Below, piece by piece: positions 39,100-52,845 of a DNA stretch of 64,000 nt (its first letter is position 1; each line of letters starts with the position of its first letter). Source of the DNA: Octopus sinensis. Lineage: Eukaryota. A program made the position numbers and the translations under genes. Under the pieces are notes generated by a model, which searched no databases, was not told the origin of the DNA, and worked only from the letters and a program-made list of their open reading frames with translations. The stretch is taken from assembly GCF_006345805.1 (NCBI RefSeq), contig NC_043005.1:45260001-45324000 (forward strand), in the 5' to 3' direction.

Positions 39100-41234
39100 A
39101 CAATATGCTTTCTTCAATTTCAGTCTACCAGATCTATTCACAAGGTTTTGGTTGACCTGAGGCTATAGTAGAAGACATTTGTCTGAGGTGCCAGACAGTG
39201 GGACTGAACCTGAAGCTATGTGGTTAGGAAGCAAAGTAAACTTATCCACACAGCCATCATTACAGAAAAAAAAAAAGGAAACATTCCTTTTCTTACTGAG
39301 AAAACATTCAAGATAATTGATTATACAGCTGCCACTTTTGACAACATTGGAAGACTTGTCTCCTAATGAAAAGAAAAAAAAAAAACAGTCTATGTTGTAA
39401 GTCTTCTACATACGATTATTTAGAATCATCCCTTGAAGCAAGTAAAATACTTATCAGTTCTGCAGTGCCTCTCCTGCTTATATTTGTGAGCTGTACTTTC
39501 AAATGATGCTTATTCACAACTTAAGTGAGCATCTGCAGTGAAGGTTCAATATTTGTGTCATGGACATTGGATTGGTTGTCCTTTGATTTTGAAGATGACC
39601 AACATTCCATTTCTAATACATCACAGCAATGCTGTGGAGATGACCAGAGATTTGTAACTGCTCCTGTTTATATTAAACTTTCCCTACAATGAAACTACAA
39701 TAGCAGTATTTAATTTGTTACAGGCATGTATGCTACCCCAACCACTGTTTATAGTTGTGACTTCATTCTCATCTGTTCGTTTGCCCTTCAGTAGGTTTTA
39801 TTTTTCATCCTACAGGGTCTCCAAACACGACTACCCTCACTAAGTGGGCTACATGGGGTTACCAACCATGCAACAGGTTGTACCAAGTTGCATGTTACCA
39901 GCAGTGCTCACAAGTGATCTGGTTTGAGCAAAGGAAGTACTGGTGACTAAATTTACACCAATCATTTGGCCAGCTGCAAATCTGACCACATAAATATAGT
40001 TGTAGCAATCTTTTTAAAAAACATTTTTCTGCTTTTGAAAATTTTTGTTTTACAATTAGAACTTAAAATAAATTAAATATTGATTGCAATTTTCAGCAAA
40101 TCAAGTAGGAAAACCTTATTGATGTATGATGTAAAAAAAAAATACAAAAAGAAAATAGAAAACTTGCTTATTTGACCTTCCTTGTGCATACATTATAAGA
40201 TTATGGGTTGGAATTAATTTGTTCAATAACATTGATTAGCTGTTTTAATTTACTATGATTAGATTAGGGAGTTTTAAATAATTATTTTTATAACTTATTT
40301 GAAATATGCAATCATAATTACATTATGTTTTACAGTTTCAGGTTTTAGAAAACTGCTTCCATTAATTAATTTTACTCTTAGACAGATAATCTGCATGTTT
40401 GCAAAGGTTAAATTATTTTACTATTAGTCTATAATTCAGAACTACTGTTTTAAATTTACCGATGAAATAGATGTATGGATTTAAAGTAAGGAACTACTTT
40501 AACCTGTCTTGGTGATATCCGATTATTAAAACATATTTTCCATTGTTGGGTAATTACTAATTCAAGGTTTATTTTGTCAACAGTTGCTTATTTTCCTTCT
40601 AAAAGGAGCAGAATATAAGCAAGTGGGTTTTCTTGAAAACTTCTTTGGACAATCTTTTTAAAAATTGTTATTAGTCTGTTATCTTTTTACCTCCAATGAA
40701 AATTTGAAAGTAAAATGTAAGTATTAAGGATCAGGAAAGACTCAAGCCTGTTAGCCACATAATAGACTTTTTTTTTTCTTCCAGATTAATCCTTTCAAGA
40801 GCAATTGGTTCTGTGATATAAATTTATCTGATTTTAGTCATTCTTTTCACATTTATTAATCTCTTGATATCAATTAAATACAAGAGATAAACTGAGACAG
40901 CAAACTGTTCATTATACTTAGCTGAGAACCAAGAAGTTTCATTGCAGAAACAGTTGAAGAACTGTGAAAAATGAGTTAAAATTTTTTTTTTTTTTTCAAT
41001 AAAATTGATTGAAACTTTATAAAATTAAAAATCTCAACATGAACATATCCAAGCTAAAAGCATAGAGAAAATCTCTTTGCAAAGAAACTTAATATTTTGA
41101 AGTCAGAAAAAAAAAAATGGGAGTAAGGTATAAGGAATTCAAAATTACAATTAGATCTTTGACTTAAAATGAAGATATACTAGCAGCAGATTTGATTAGA
41201 AGTAGTTGATAAGTTTTGCCAAAAGTGAAACTTT

Positions 41235-41449
41235 CATCTTTTACCTTTTACTTGTTTTAGTCTTTAGACTGTGGCCATGCTGGGGTACCGCCTTGAAGAA
41301 TCTTTAATCAAATGAATCGACCCCAGTACTTATTTTTTAATTTTTTAAGCCTGGTACTTAATCTATCAGCCTCTTTTGCCGAACCACTATGTTACAGGGA
41401 TGTAAAGACTCTCACACACAAATATATATATATAACATAATATAATATA

Positions 41450-41490
<41 letters not shown>

Positions 41491-41511
41491 TAGTAATGCA
41501 ATACTACAGTA

Positions 41512-41554
<43 letters not shown>

Positions 41555-41705
41555 CAGGCCTCTTTCTGTTTCTGTCTACCAAATCTACTCAAAAAGCTTT
41601 GGTCAGATCAAGGCTATTGTAAAGACACTTACCCAGAGTGCCATGCAGTGGGACTGAACCTGGGACCATGTGTTTAGGAAGCAAGCTTCTTACCACCCAG
41701 TCTTG
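41235..41705 (-). mobile_element. SINE T1 split by an expanded internal (TA)n tract
   Basis: Tail at 41235-41410, (TA)n at 41425-41552, head half at 41560-41705. Confidence 0.75.
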
Positions 41706-43300
41706 CATCACTAATTAAAGTTTGGGAGAGGTAGAATAGATTTAGGGAGCCATCTCTGTTGGTACCAAAATGGAATGTTTGGTTTGTATATTTTAAAGAA
41801 AACAAAGCAACTTCTTGTGAGAAGTACCACAGACTGTGTATAGTATGAAAATGGGAATTATATACCACCATGGAATAACGTTTTCATAGTAGGAAAAAGA
41901 CTTACAATGGAAACAATGGTAAATAATAATAATAATAATAATAAACAACATTATTACACTGACTGTAAACTCACTCAGTTTACTTAGTGCAGAGCCCTGT
42001 CGTATATGGCTGTTATTACTAAATATAGATTTTTAACAAACTTTGGCATACAGATCTGTGACACGCCATAAGAGTCATAGAACTTTGCAATGATATAAAC
42101 AGTTAACAAGTTCAAATCCAGCTTATGTACATGTATATAATTATGATAGCACTTGATGAACGGAGAGAAAATTGTTCAAAACACAGTGATTTAACAAAGT
42201 ATAGCAGAATGAATAACATTTCCAAAAGTTCTTTACATTTCTTTCTTTTTCTTCTTTTTTCTTTTTTTTTCTTTTTTTGTTTGTTTAGCAGGTTGTAAGG
42301 CCATTGTTCTCCTTGTCATATGTGAACATATTCAATTATTAGAATTGGTTTTATGATACTGTAGAATTATGTATTTCAGCCACAATATTACAATCAATAT
42401 TTGTATAATCTTTGTCTGCCTCTAAATTTTCGTTTGGATGTGATTATGTTTTAAATTTATATTCTTTATTTATTTTTGCGTGGAAAAGAAAGAGATCATC
42501 ATCATCATCACCATCATCTCTGCTTTATAGCTGCCATTCCATATCATGTTTCACAAGGTAACTTTGGCAATTTGTCTTGTTGAAAACTAAGTATGGCATT
42601 CATGTGTCAGTCTGCAATGGACAAGTCTGGCCCTTAATGTTCTTATTTATTCTTCACTTAATGTTCCATTTGCAGAAGCTATAGTTATGATAATTATAGC
42701 AATAAGTGACTTAACTGGGCCATTATTTGTATCATTTAAATTGGTTAATTTAAGAGAAACACTTGAGTAGAGCTGAATTGCTTTAGTTGTCAAGTGAAAC
42801 ACTATGAGGAATCGTTCCAAGTAACTCTAACAGATAATTACTTTTCATTCCACTGATGTCAGATATCCAATCAGTCTGCTTTTTGATGTGGACTTTATTG
42901 AGTTGTTTCATTAGTCTGAACCTTGGCCTCAGACCTCAAAAGAACTAACAGAAGCTTTCATTTTAACTCCGTGATATTAAAATCAAGGTAATCTGCTGGT
43001 GATAGAGATTAAAGTATAACCTCAATATATTGCTAAACTATTGAACATTATCTTTCAAAGAACCATATTTTGTAATACTGGGCAAATTCAAAGGAATAGC
43101 CAAGCAGATAACTGTTTGATGTATGTTTAAGGAGCTAATTCCAACATTTAAAAGACTATGTAAATGTGAACTTCAATTTTGCTGCCTAAGGCATCAGATT
43201 TGAACAACATTCAATGTTTTGTTATTGAATCCTTTCCACTGGAATAAAATAAATCATTATTCTAAAAGCAATTGTGAATATATTCATACTAGGTGTCTGC

Positions 43301-43365
<65 letters not shown>

Positions 43366-44491
43366 GATATTGATTTAGAATATATAATAAAAGGCTGAAA
43401 GTCTACTAACTTCTGAATAATTGTGAATAAATGTTACAAGGAACACTTCTCTTTGAGACTTTATTTATTTATGTTTTATCTAACCAAATTCCTATTGGTT
43501 TGTTAATATTTTAGTCATTGCCTCTGTTAGGAATTTAATTTAATACTTAGTAACATTCTAATTTCTCTTTGATATGTACACTTTCAAAATAACTGGAAGA
43601 TATAGAGGATTTAAATTTCTTTGATTCTAAATCCTCTTTTTATTCATGTTAACGAAAGAATGTGTAAACAAATAACATTATTGGCTCTTATGAAGATGAA
43701 TGGACAGTGTCCTAGATGGGTGTTCAAAAGAATGCTGCTATGAAAATAGAATAAAATAATTATGCTGACTGCTCTGTTGTTAAGACAAAACTGATTCTAT
43801 CTGAATAAAACGTTTAGAATAATACATTGAAAAATATTGCTGAAACTTGTCTTAAACAAATCTCAGCTCTGTTTTCATCTTAACATTTTTTCATTAGAGA
43901 TGTGTGCAGGAATAAAATGGCTAGTGTAATTTATCTAGAATCTCCTTTTTAATATCATTTACCATTATCAGAACCAGTCAGCAGCTGTTTGCTATTGATA
44001 GATCTTGCTTCGTTAAATTTTGTCCAAAGTTGTCTTCTAATAATTTCAGCTTCTAACAAACTCAACTATTTTAAATATATTCTTTGACTCATTACTATCT
44101 GATTATCTCCAGCATTTACTCACCACTTCTAATCATCCATCCTTGTTATTTTAATGTTTAATTCAGAAGCAACTTCTATTTTAAAACTAAATCTGTCATT
44201 TTCATTCGTGTTGCACTAGATAAGAAAACTGGTTTTCTTATCTTGCCACCAGTATTCATTTTTTTTTCTTTTTTTGTCTCTTTAATTAGGCTTTATACCA
44301 TGTGTCGCTTCTATATAAGGAAAACATACTGATTAGAATATGACAGCTTTCTAATGCCGGGTTTCTTCATTCAGTGACTTCTTATAGTTTCTAGGGTTTT
44401 AACACTGAAATTAACTAGGTTCAATAGAGAATTTTAATTGCTAGTCTTAATATAAAAGATACATGACAAATATTTCTCCTTCCAGCAACAA

Positions 44492-44582
44492 TTAACCTTT
44501 TAGCATTCATGTTACTCTGTCAAATGTAGTACTTAATTATTCACATTGTTGTGAATTAATCATGCATTATCTCAAAGCTTCC
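44492..44582 (+). mobile_element. piggyBac-type MITE family A, left half
   Basis: ttaaccttttagcattcatgttactctgtcaaatg. Confidence 0.7.
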
Positions 44583-44630
44583 TTGGTGATATTTGGATAT
44601 TCTTCAGTGGGTACAGTAGTGGTTAGTTTG

Positions 44631-44679
<49 letters not shown>

Positions 44680-46007
44680 AAAGGTTATAATGATATTTGA
44701 TTCTCTGTCTGAAGAATTTCTAATCGGAGATATATTACATGTTTTCTACTTCATGTACAATTTTGTAACTCCTATTAGCAAATGAAACACATGTAATGGT
44801 GAATAAATAAAACCAAAAATTTATTTTCCAATCTTCTGTTTTCATTTATATACTATGTTGGGTCTAGGAAGAGTCATTACGTCAATATTGATATTATATA
44901 TATTGAACAGATATATCATTCTTGAATTTAAGTGTGAACTAAATTTTGAGGGTATGCTATCTAAAAATTTAAGGCTTAAAATATATGAGCCAACTTTTTA
45001 AGGGTGGTGGTGGGTTTATTGAAATAAATTTCATTGCCAAATTGAGCCAGTAAACTAATTCAGTAGAAATTTCTTATTAAGGTATCCCCTTCATTTAAAA
45101 TTAAGTTCAGTGCCAGAATAGGTCATTGATTATCATCCTAAAACACAGTTTCCCCATTTATAAACTCCAATAAAGCACCAAGATCACTTAATACAGCATT
45201 CTTCTTTGACATTTTCATTTTTTTAAAAATTTATTTATTTATTTTGGCTTACTACAGAAAACCTTCATTCGATGAGTTTCAGTGCTGTTTTTAAATACAG
45301 TATTTAGAACTTAGTGTTGTTATCATGCACTTAATAGTAATTATGTTTAAAATCTTATATTTTTTTTTTTTCATTTTAAAGCATTTTTGTTGCATGTTGG
45401 CAACCAGAAATATCACACATATAACCGTAACTAAAACTCTTCTTTTCTTGAGAAATATACCATCATATTTGTTGCTGTGGATTTCAATCACTCTTTGTCT
45501 TTCTAGTAGATACTTCTCTGAACTTCCTCTTACTTCATCATGGAGTAGTCTTTATCTATCATTAGTCCAAGAAAGCTTGATCTAATCTATATACTTTCAC
45601 AATGTTAACAATCAGCTGTCAGTTAGAAATGGTTTTTGCTTATTCTTGTTTTCCTCATATCACATTTTTCCTTCTCTCCTATAAAAGCAATTTCATTCTG
45701 TCAAAGTTTTTCTTTTTTGTTTACCTTTGCATTTTTTTTTTTATGCATTTGAAATGTCTCTTTTCAAGACTACTAAAAGCTAGCGATCATTTCATCTTCT
45801 AGATTCAGTTCAGCACAATCATTATTAGATATGCCTATTTCAAAATGTTTATATTGGTGAGGACATAGCGAGCCTTTTGAAATATTTAACCTGCACTCCA
45901 TAGTATATTTATATAAATATTTCTGTTTCTTTTTGTCTTACCAACATATGACAATGATCTGAAGTTAGAAATTATTATTATTGTTATTATTATTATTATT
46001 ATTATTA

Positions 46008-47703
46008 CAAGCTAACTGAATCATTAGCATGCTGGGCAAAATGCTTAGCAGTATTTTGTCTGTCTTCATGTTTTGAGTTAAAATGCCTTTCATCCTTTTG
46101 GGGTCGATAAATTAAATACCAGTTGAGTACTGGATGTAATCAACTATTCACCTCCCCCAAATTTCAGGCCTGTGCCTATAGTAGAAAGGGTTATTATTAT
46201 TATTATTATTATTATTACTGCTACTACTGTTGTTATGTCTTACATCCTTTTGGGGTCAATAAAATAAATACAAGTTGAACACTGGGGTCAATCTAATTGA
46301 CCTATCTCTCCCCAAAAATTGCTGGTCTTGTGCCAAAACTTGAAAGTATTATTATTATCATTATCATCATCTTCATCATCATCATCATGCCTGTGTCATT
46401 CAGTACATCATCTCTTAATTTAATCTACTATCAATGGCAGTGACAACATTTTCTGCTTCTCTGGTTCATATTCATTTTGTTCGTCTGATAATATTTGATA
46501 ACCTTGTTTCATTCTTGTTAAAATCAATACTAATCAGAAACAAAAGTTGTGGTTGCTTGGTGGCAAATGCAGTTAACCCAAATGTAGGCTCCTAGCTAGC
46601 TAAGTCCATGACACAGTTTCAATTCATAATTGAAGCTAATTCACTTCACATTTACCCTTGAGGAAATCATGAATGCTAAAGAATCCTATTCACCTCAGTG
46701 AATTTTTGATTTTGTACTTAAATCAATATTAGAAAATGATGGTTGCAATATTTTATTTATTTGTTTATTTAATTATTATTATTATTATTATAAAGGCGTT
46801 TAGCTGGAAATATTGTTAGCATGCTGGACGAAAGCTTAGCGGTATTTCGCCCGTCAATACGCTCTGAGTTCCAATTTCACCAAGGTCGATTTTTGCCTTT
46901 TATCCTTTCATGATCAATAAATTAAGTACCAGTGAAACACTGGGTCGATGTAATTGACTAGTCCCCTTCCCACAAATTTCAGGCTTTGTGCCTATAGTAG
47001 AAAGGATTATTATTATTATTATTATATCATTATTAAGGCAGTGAGCTAGCAGAATTGTTAGCATGCCGGGTGAAATGCTTAGCGGTATTTCATCTGAGTT
47101 CAAATTCTGCCAAGTTCTGCCAACTTTGCCTCTCATCCTTTCGGGGTCGCTAAATCAAGTACCAGTTGAGTACTGGGGTTGATGTGATCGACTGTCCCCC
47201 TCCTCACAAAATCCAGACCTTGTGCCTATAGTAAAAAGGATTATTATTATTATTATTATTAGCGTGGAGAGCTGGCAGAATTGCTAGCATGCCAAGCAAA
47301 ATGCTTAGCGACATTTCAGCCATCCTTACGTCCTGAGTTCAAATTCCACCAAGGTTGACTTTACCTTTCATCTTTTCAGAATTGATAAAATGAGTATCAG
47401 TTGAGCACTGGGGTCAATGTAATCAAGTTACCCACTCACACGAACTTGCTGACCTAGTGCCAAAATTTGAAATCATTATTATTATTAATGTAGTGAGCTG
47501 GCAGAATTGTTAGCATGCCAGGCAAAATGCTTAGCAGCATTTTGTTCATTCTTACATTGTGCGTTCAAATTCCACTGAGGACAACTTTGCCTTTCATCCT
47601 TTCGGGATCGATAGACTGAGTACCAGTTGAGCACTAGAGTCAATATAATTGACTTACCCTCACCCCACCTGAAATTGCTGGCCTTGTGCAAAAATTTGAA
47701 ACC

Positions 47704-47751
<48 letters not shown>

Positions 47752-47960
47752 GTTATTATTATGAAGGTGGCAAGCACACCAGGCAAAATGCTTAGCAGCA
47801 TTGCCAGGTGCTATGCTCTGAGTTCAAATTCTGCCATGGTTGACTTTTCCTTTCATTCTTTGAGGGTCAGTGAAGAAGGTACCAGTCGAGCACTGGGGTC
47901 ACTGTAATCAACTTCCCCAATTTTTGGCCTTGTGCCTATAGTAGAAAGGGTTATTATTAT
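46008..47960 (+). mobile_element. Cluster of seven same-strand M-family SINEs; five are contiguous head-to-tail (46793-47960) and joined by (TTA)n
   Basis: Approximate units 46008-46190, 46240-46345, 46793-47008, 47033-47240, 47261-47475, 47490-47705 and 47762-47950. A-box ctggcagaattgttag and B-box gagttcaaattc are recognisable in most units. Confidence 0.9.
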
Positions 47961-47979
47961 TATCATTAATGAACCAAAT

Positions 47980-48492
47980 CAAAATAGATGAACATCAATG
48001 GAATTTGTATCTTTGTGGTACCAGTGCCGGTGGCACATAAGAAAACCATCCGAACGTGGCCGTAGCCAGTACCACATCGACTGGCCTCTGTGCTGTGGGC
48101 ACGTAATAATCACCATCCGATCGTGGCCGTTCGCCAGCCTCGTCTGGCACCTGTGTCAGTGGCACATAAAAAACACCATCCAAGCGTGGCCGTTCGTCAG
48201 CCTCGTCTGGCACCTGTGTCGGTGGCACATAAAAAACACCATCCAAGTGTGGCCGTCTGCCAGCCTCGTCTGGCACCTGTGTCGGTGGCACATAAAAAAC
48301 ACCATCCGAGCGTGGTTGTTCGCCAGCCTCGTCTGGCACCTGTGTCGGTGGCACATAAAATCACCCACTACACTCTCGGAGTGGTTGGCGTTAGGAAGGG
48401 CATCCAGCTGTAGAAACACTGCCAGATCTGACTGGCCTGGTGCAGCCTTCGGGCTCCCCAGAAGCGGGTGTTAAACAATGATGATGATGATG
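47980..48492 (+). mobile_element. RTE 3'-UTR with four 63-bp tandem units
   Basis: ctggcac recurs at 48144, 48207, 48270 and 48333; then the standard UTR and (GAT)n. Confidence 0.9.
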
Positions 48493-49599
48493 ATATCAAT
48501 ACGCCAATTTGTTTTTGTATGTACCTGACACGTGTGTCACGCTTAAGAGAAATAAATTGTTAAAAGAAATTTTGTTGCTTAAATAAAAATTTTTAGCTAC
48601 ATCCCCTGTCACTTGTTATTTCTGGAAAAGATTTGAAACTGCCACCTATGTGTTGTGTTGCTACTTCTCAACACCCATGCTTACTGAGCCACCAAAGCAG
48701 CAACATTCTTAGTGAGAAAATTGAGATACTTAAATTTGATGTGTGCGTTGAGCAAGGGAAAGAAGAAGTGAGAGAGAAAGGGTGAGAGAAAGAGAGATGA
48801 TAGCATGAAACTGAGTGGCTGATAGGTATTTGAATCCCTTTCTATGACTGAACTGAAATTGACTCCTGGCTATTAAAGGTGCAGCCACACACACACATAC
48901 ATTTGTTTTAGGTCTTCTACCCATTTGAATTTGGCCATACACCAAATAACATGGTCAATCTTATGTTCCGAAATTTAAGTTTTGAATTTGTTTTAATTAG
49001 AAAATTACACCTCAGCTAAAACACATCTTTTGGCTTTTGAATACAACTTTTTCTTTCTCTTTCTATATTTTTTGTTAAATTACAATTTCTCTGTTTTGGT
49101 CAGGATTTTTCCAATTTCTTTTTTCTTGTTTCAATTAATGGACTTTAAAAAAAATTAAATTCATAGAGGTGAATAAAATCAAAAATATTCTATTTTTTTC
49201 CGTTTCCTTAATACTAACATAGTATGAGAGAGAGAGAGTTGGCTGTTATTTCTAGCAAATTGAACAACCACACAGAGTTGTTCATTTGGCTCATTTGTTG
49301 ATGTGTGTAAGTAAACAAAAGCTAAAAGACCCACACATACATTTATATATGTATGTGTGTGTCTACAGACCAGAGCAGAGAGGACGTGAGTGAGAAGAGA
49401 GAGAGAGAGAGAGAGAGAGATGCTGTAAAAGAATAAAAGAATACTAGAAAAGCGTTCCATACCACTAAACCAAGAGAGTTCTCTGAATATGTACAATGTA
49501 TTGTAAGGCTAAATAGTAATTCTGTTTACGTTTGCGAAACTGAGATATTTTGGTTGGATTATATAGTTATCGGTTTTACACTTCTTTCTGTATTTTGTA

Positions 49600-49830
49600 A
49601 CTGTTGCAATACACTTTTCAACTATAGGCACAAGTCCTGAAATTTTGGTGAGGGAAGGGGCCAGTCGATTAGCTCGACTTCAGTATGCAACTGGTACTTA
49701 ATTTATAGACCCCAAAAGGATGAAAGGCAAAGTTGACATTGGCAGAATTTGAACTCAGAACGTAAAGACAGATGAAACACCACCAAGCATTTCACCTGGC
49801 GTGCTAATGATTCTGCAAGCTCATCACCTT
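49600..49830 (-). mobile_element. M-family SINE
   Basis: ggcacaagtcctgaaattt...aaaggatgaaaggcaaagttgac...gaatttgaactcagaa. Confidence 0.85.
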
Positions 49831-49974
49831 TAACTGTCACAATATAAAGCCATTTCTCATAGCACAAGCACACAATTTACAGATTCTTACATTTTTCATA
49901 TTTTCCATGAATTTTTCACAGGTCCAGCTATTTGTTTTTATTACTTAAAACAGTGGTAGGTGGTGAAAATAATA

Positions 49975-50770
49975 GTGTTGAAGAAAATGGCTTGCAGTAT
50001 TTAATTATTACACTTTACATTCTGAGTTCAAATCATGTTAAAATCAACTTTGCATCTCATCCTTCTAGGGTCAATAAAATAAAGTTTTATTACTCAAATA
50101 CTGAGGTTGATATAATTAATTGTTCCCACCTCAACAAATTTTATCTTTGTGCCTTCGCAGGAGTGGCTGTGTGGTAAGTAGCTTGTGTACTGCCCTTGTG
50201 GCAAACTATGTGAATAAAAGTAGCTTGCTTACCAACCACATGGTTCCGGGTTCAATCCCACTGCGTGGCACCTTGGACAAGTGTCTTCTATTATAGCCTT
50301 GGGCCAACCAAAGCCTTGTGAGTGGATTTGGTAGACGGAAACTTAAAGAAGCCCATCATATATATGTATATGTGTATATATGTGTGTGTTTGCGTTTATC
50401 TCCCTAACATCACTTGACAACTGATGCTGGTGTATTTATGTTCCCGTAACTTAGTGGTTCGGCAAAAGAGACTGATAGAGTAAGTACTAGGCTTACAAAG
50501 AATAAGTCCTGGGATCGATTCTCTCGACTAAAGGTGGTGCTCCAGCATGGCCACAGTCAAATGACTGAAGCAAGTAAAAGAGTAATATTTAAATGCTTTG
50601 TAATATTTCTTCTGGCTCTTTATGTTCTAAGTTCAAATCATGCCCAAGTCAGTTTTGCCTTGCCTCTCTCGTGGATTAATAAAATGAACTACCAGTTTGG
50701 TGCTGGTGTTGACGATACCAATTAACCTTCCTCCTTTTAATATTGCTGACCTTATGCCTAAATCAGAAAC
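49975..50770 (+). mobile_element. SINE cluster: M (49975-50150), T1 (50155-50585), M (50600-50770)
   Basis: Family-diagnostic cores on the plus strand. The T1 head carries a 32-bp insertion. Confidence 0.8.
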
Positions 50771-51294
50771 CATCATTTTTGTAATTAAAATGGAAAAGGA
50801 ATGGTTGACTGGCAGATATTAAGTTATGCCTTATGTTCTTAGTTGAAATTTCACCAAAATTAACTTCCCGTTGGTCCTTTCAGTCCTTTTCCAAAATTTT
50901 GTGGCCCAGTACCTATTCCAGAAATATTATATTTAAAATTATGATTATATTATCAAATATAATCTACATTTTCATAGTTGTATATTGTTTACCTCTCATT
51001 TCCCTCACTTGTTCTAATGGGACAAGGTTCTTTCACACTGTTATTGGAATTAGTGCAGTCTTCTGACTTACCACTTCCTGTAGAACTGTCCAAACCATGC
51101 TAGCATGCAAAATGAACATTAAATGATGATGATGATGCACTTACATTCTAGTTGCTAATGACATTTGGTGAGGTGTGAATAACTGTGCTTCCTAGCTATG
51201 TTTTTTATACAAATAAAATATTGTTAATATATGTTTCGTACTTTTACCTTTCTATTCATAATGTTATTATTTAATGTTATATGACTACCATTAT

Positions 51295-51655
51295 CATCAT
51301 CATCATCATTTAACATCCATTTTCCATGCTGGCATGGGTTGGATGGTTTGACAGGAGCTGGCAAGTTGGAGAGCTACAACAGGCTCCAGTTGTCTGTTTG
51401 GGCATGGTTTCTACAGCTAGATGCCCTCCCTAATGCCAACCACTTTACAGAGTGTACTGAGTACTTTTTACGTGCTGCCAGCACAGGTCCTCTTTCCATG
51501 GTGCCAGCACGGGTGTTTTTTATGTGGTGCTAGCATGGGTGTTTTTCACATGGCACCAGCATGGATGCTTTTTATGTGGTGCCAGCATGAATGCTTCTTG
51601 TGTGGTGCCAGCATGAATGCTTCTTGTGTGGCACCAGCATGGGTGCTTTTTCCAT
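51295..51655 (-). mobile_element. RTE 3'-UTR with short tandem units (gtggtgccagcatg...); an inverted tail fragment lies at 51075-51135
   Basis: (CAT)n atttaacatcc... followed by about six repeats of ggtgccagcatg. Confidence 0.8.
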
Positions 51656-52845
51656 GACTTCCAATGTTGTCCTTTAGTAATGTCATCAAAGTGAACACCT
51701 CAAACTGATTAATTTCTAGTTTCCTATCACTATTTAATATTCCACCAAAATACAACAGAGTAATCTCCCACATCTATGTATTGATAAATTTATACATCGC
51801 TAATTTATAGAAAATAATTTTTTGAAATATAAATGCTTATTTGAATGTTAGAAACATAGTGTCTTGTACAGGTAAAAAAAGATGTCTTGATTGTTTTTGG
51901 TAAAGTTTTATTTAAGAGGTAAAATATAAATTTGGTACTTCAGTGATATTTCAGTTGCATTGTTTCAGAAGTTTAGTAATGTTCATATTTGTGTTTCCAA
52001 TATTTAAAAATTACCATTTTCCTTGTGTGAAAATAACTTTCAATGAATATTTATGCTGAGTAACATCTGAAAAATAAAAATGATTGTTTTATTTCATATT
52101 CGGTAAATAATAATATAGAACACTGGAAATGATTCATAGTTTTGTTCATGTTAATCTTTTATTTCATCCAGACTTCTATTGCTATTTTGATATTAGTTAG
52201 TTTGAAGGGAAAAATTTAATACTGTATAATTTATTATTCTAACCTGTAACTTAACACCTCCAAATCTGGTTATACCTTGGACTTATTTGAAATTTGTGAA
52301 ACAATTTGAAAGTAAATTTCTTTTATTTTCTCAAATATAATGTTTGATGTCCACTTTTGAGTTAACTCGTTTTTCAACTCTAAATTACGTTATTTATCTT
52401 GCTATCTAAAACAGTTGAGTTTTTTTTTCTATTTTTTTTTATCTTGTCAGGATATGCAAAATTCTTGTCAGAAAAATTCCATATTAAAATTGAAGAAAAG
52501 ACCATACCATTCTATATGAACTACTTGTGTTCTCAAAATCATGTACTTAACCATAACCATTTCTTTGCATGTGCATGTGTGCAAAAAATTCATTTTATCA
52601 AAAGGTCATGAAATAAAGCATTAAAATGCTCACGTGCCTATTTCCACTAAATTGTGCACATCTGAAGGTCTGATCAGATAATAAACAATTTAAGCTTTAA
52701 GTGATTCTCATTCCCATTTGGATTTGATTCTTGCTGAGAGGCAATGAAAATGGCTAGCAGTCTTGAAACAAATTTTTAACACCCTCATGCAGATCTTTTA
52801 TAGTTAAATGGTCAAAAATAAAACCTGATGTTAAAGTAGAACAGT

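Noticed and set aside
40951-40965. 15-nt match to the 3' part of vertebrate miR-22 (cagttgaagaactgt)
   Set aside because: The seed AGCTGCC is absent and there is no hairpin partner.
42980-43220. Faint CR1-like motif (IAKLLNIIFQR)
   Set aside because: Too degenerate to support a feature call without alignment.
46793-47960. Regular repeat-spacer periodicity resembling a CRISPR array
   Set aside because: The units are ~210-bp tRNA-derived SINEs with microsatellite linkers in a eukaryotic context, and no cas genes are present.
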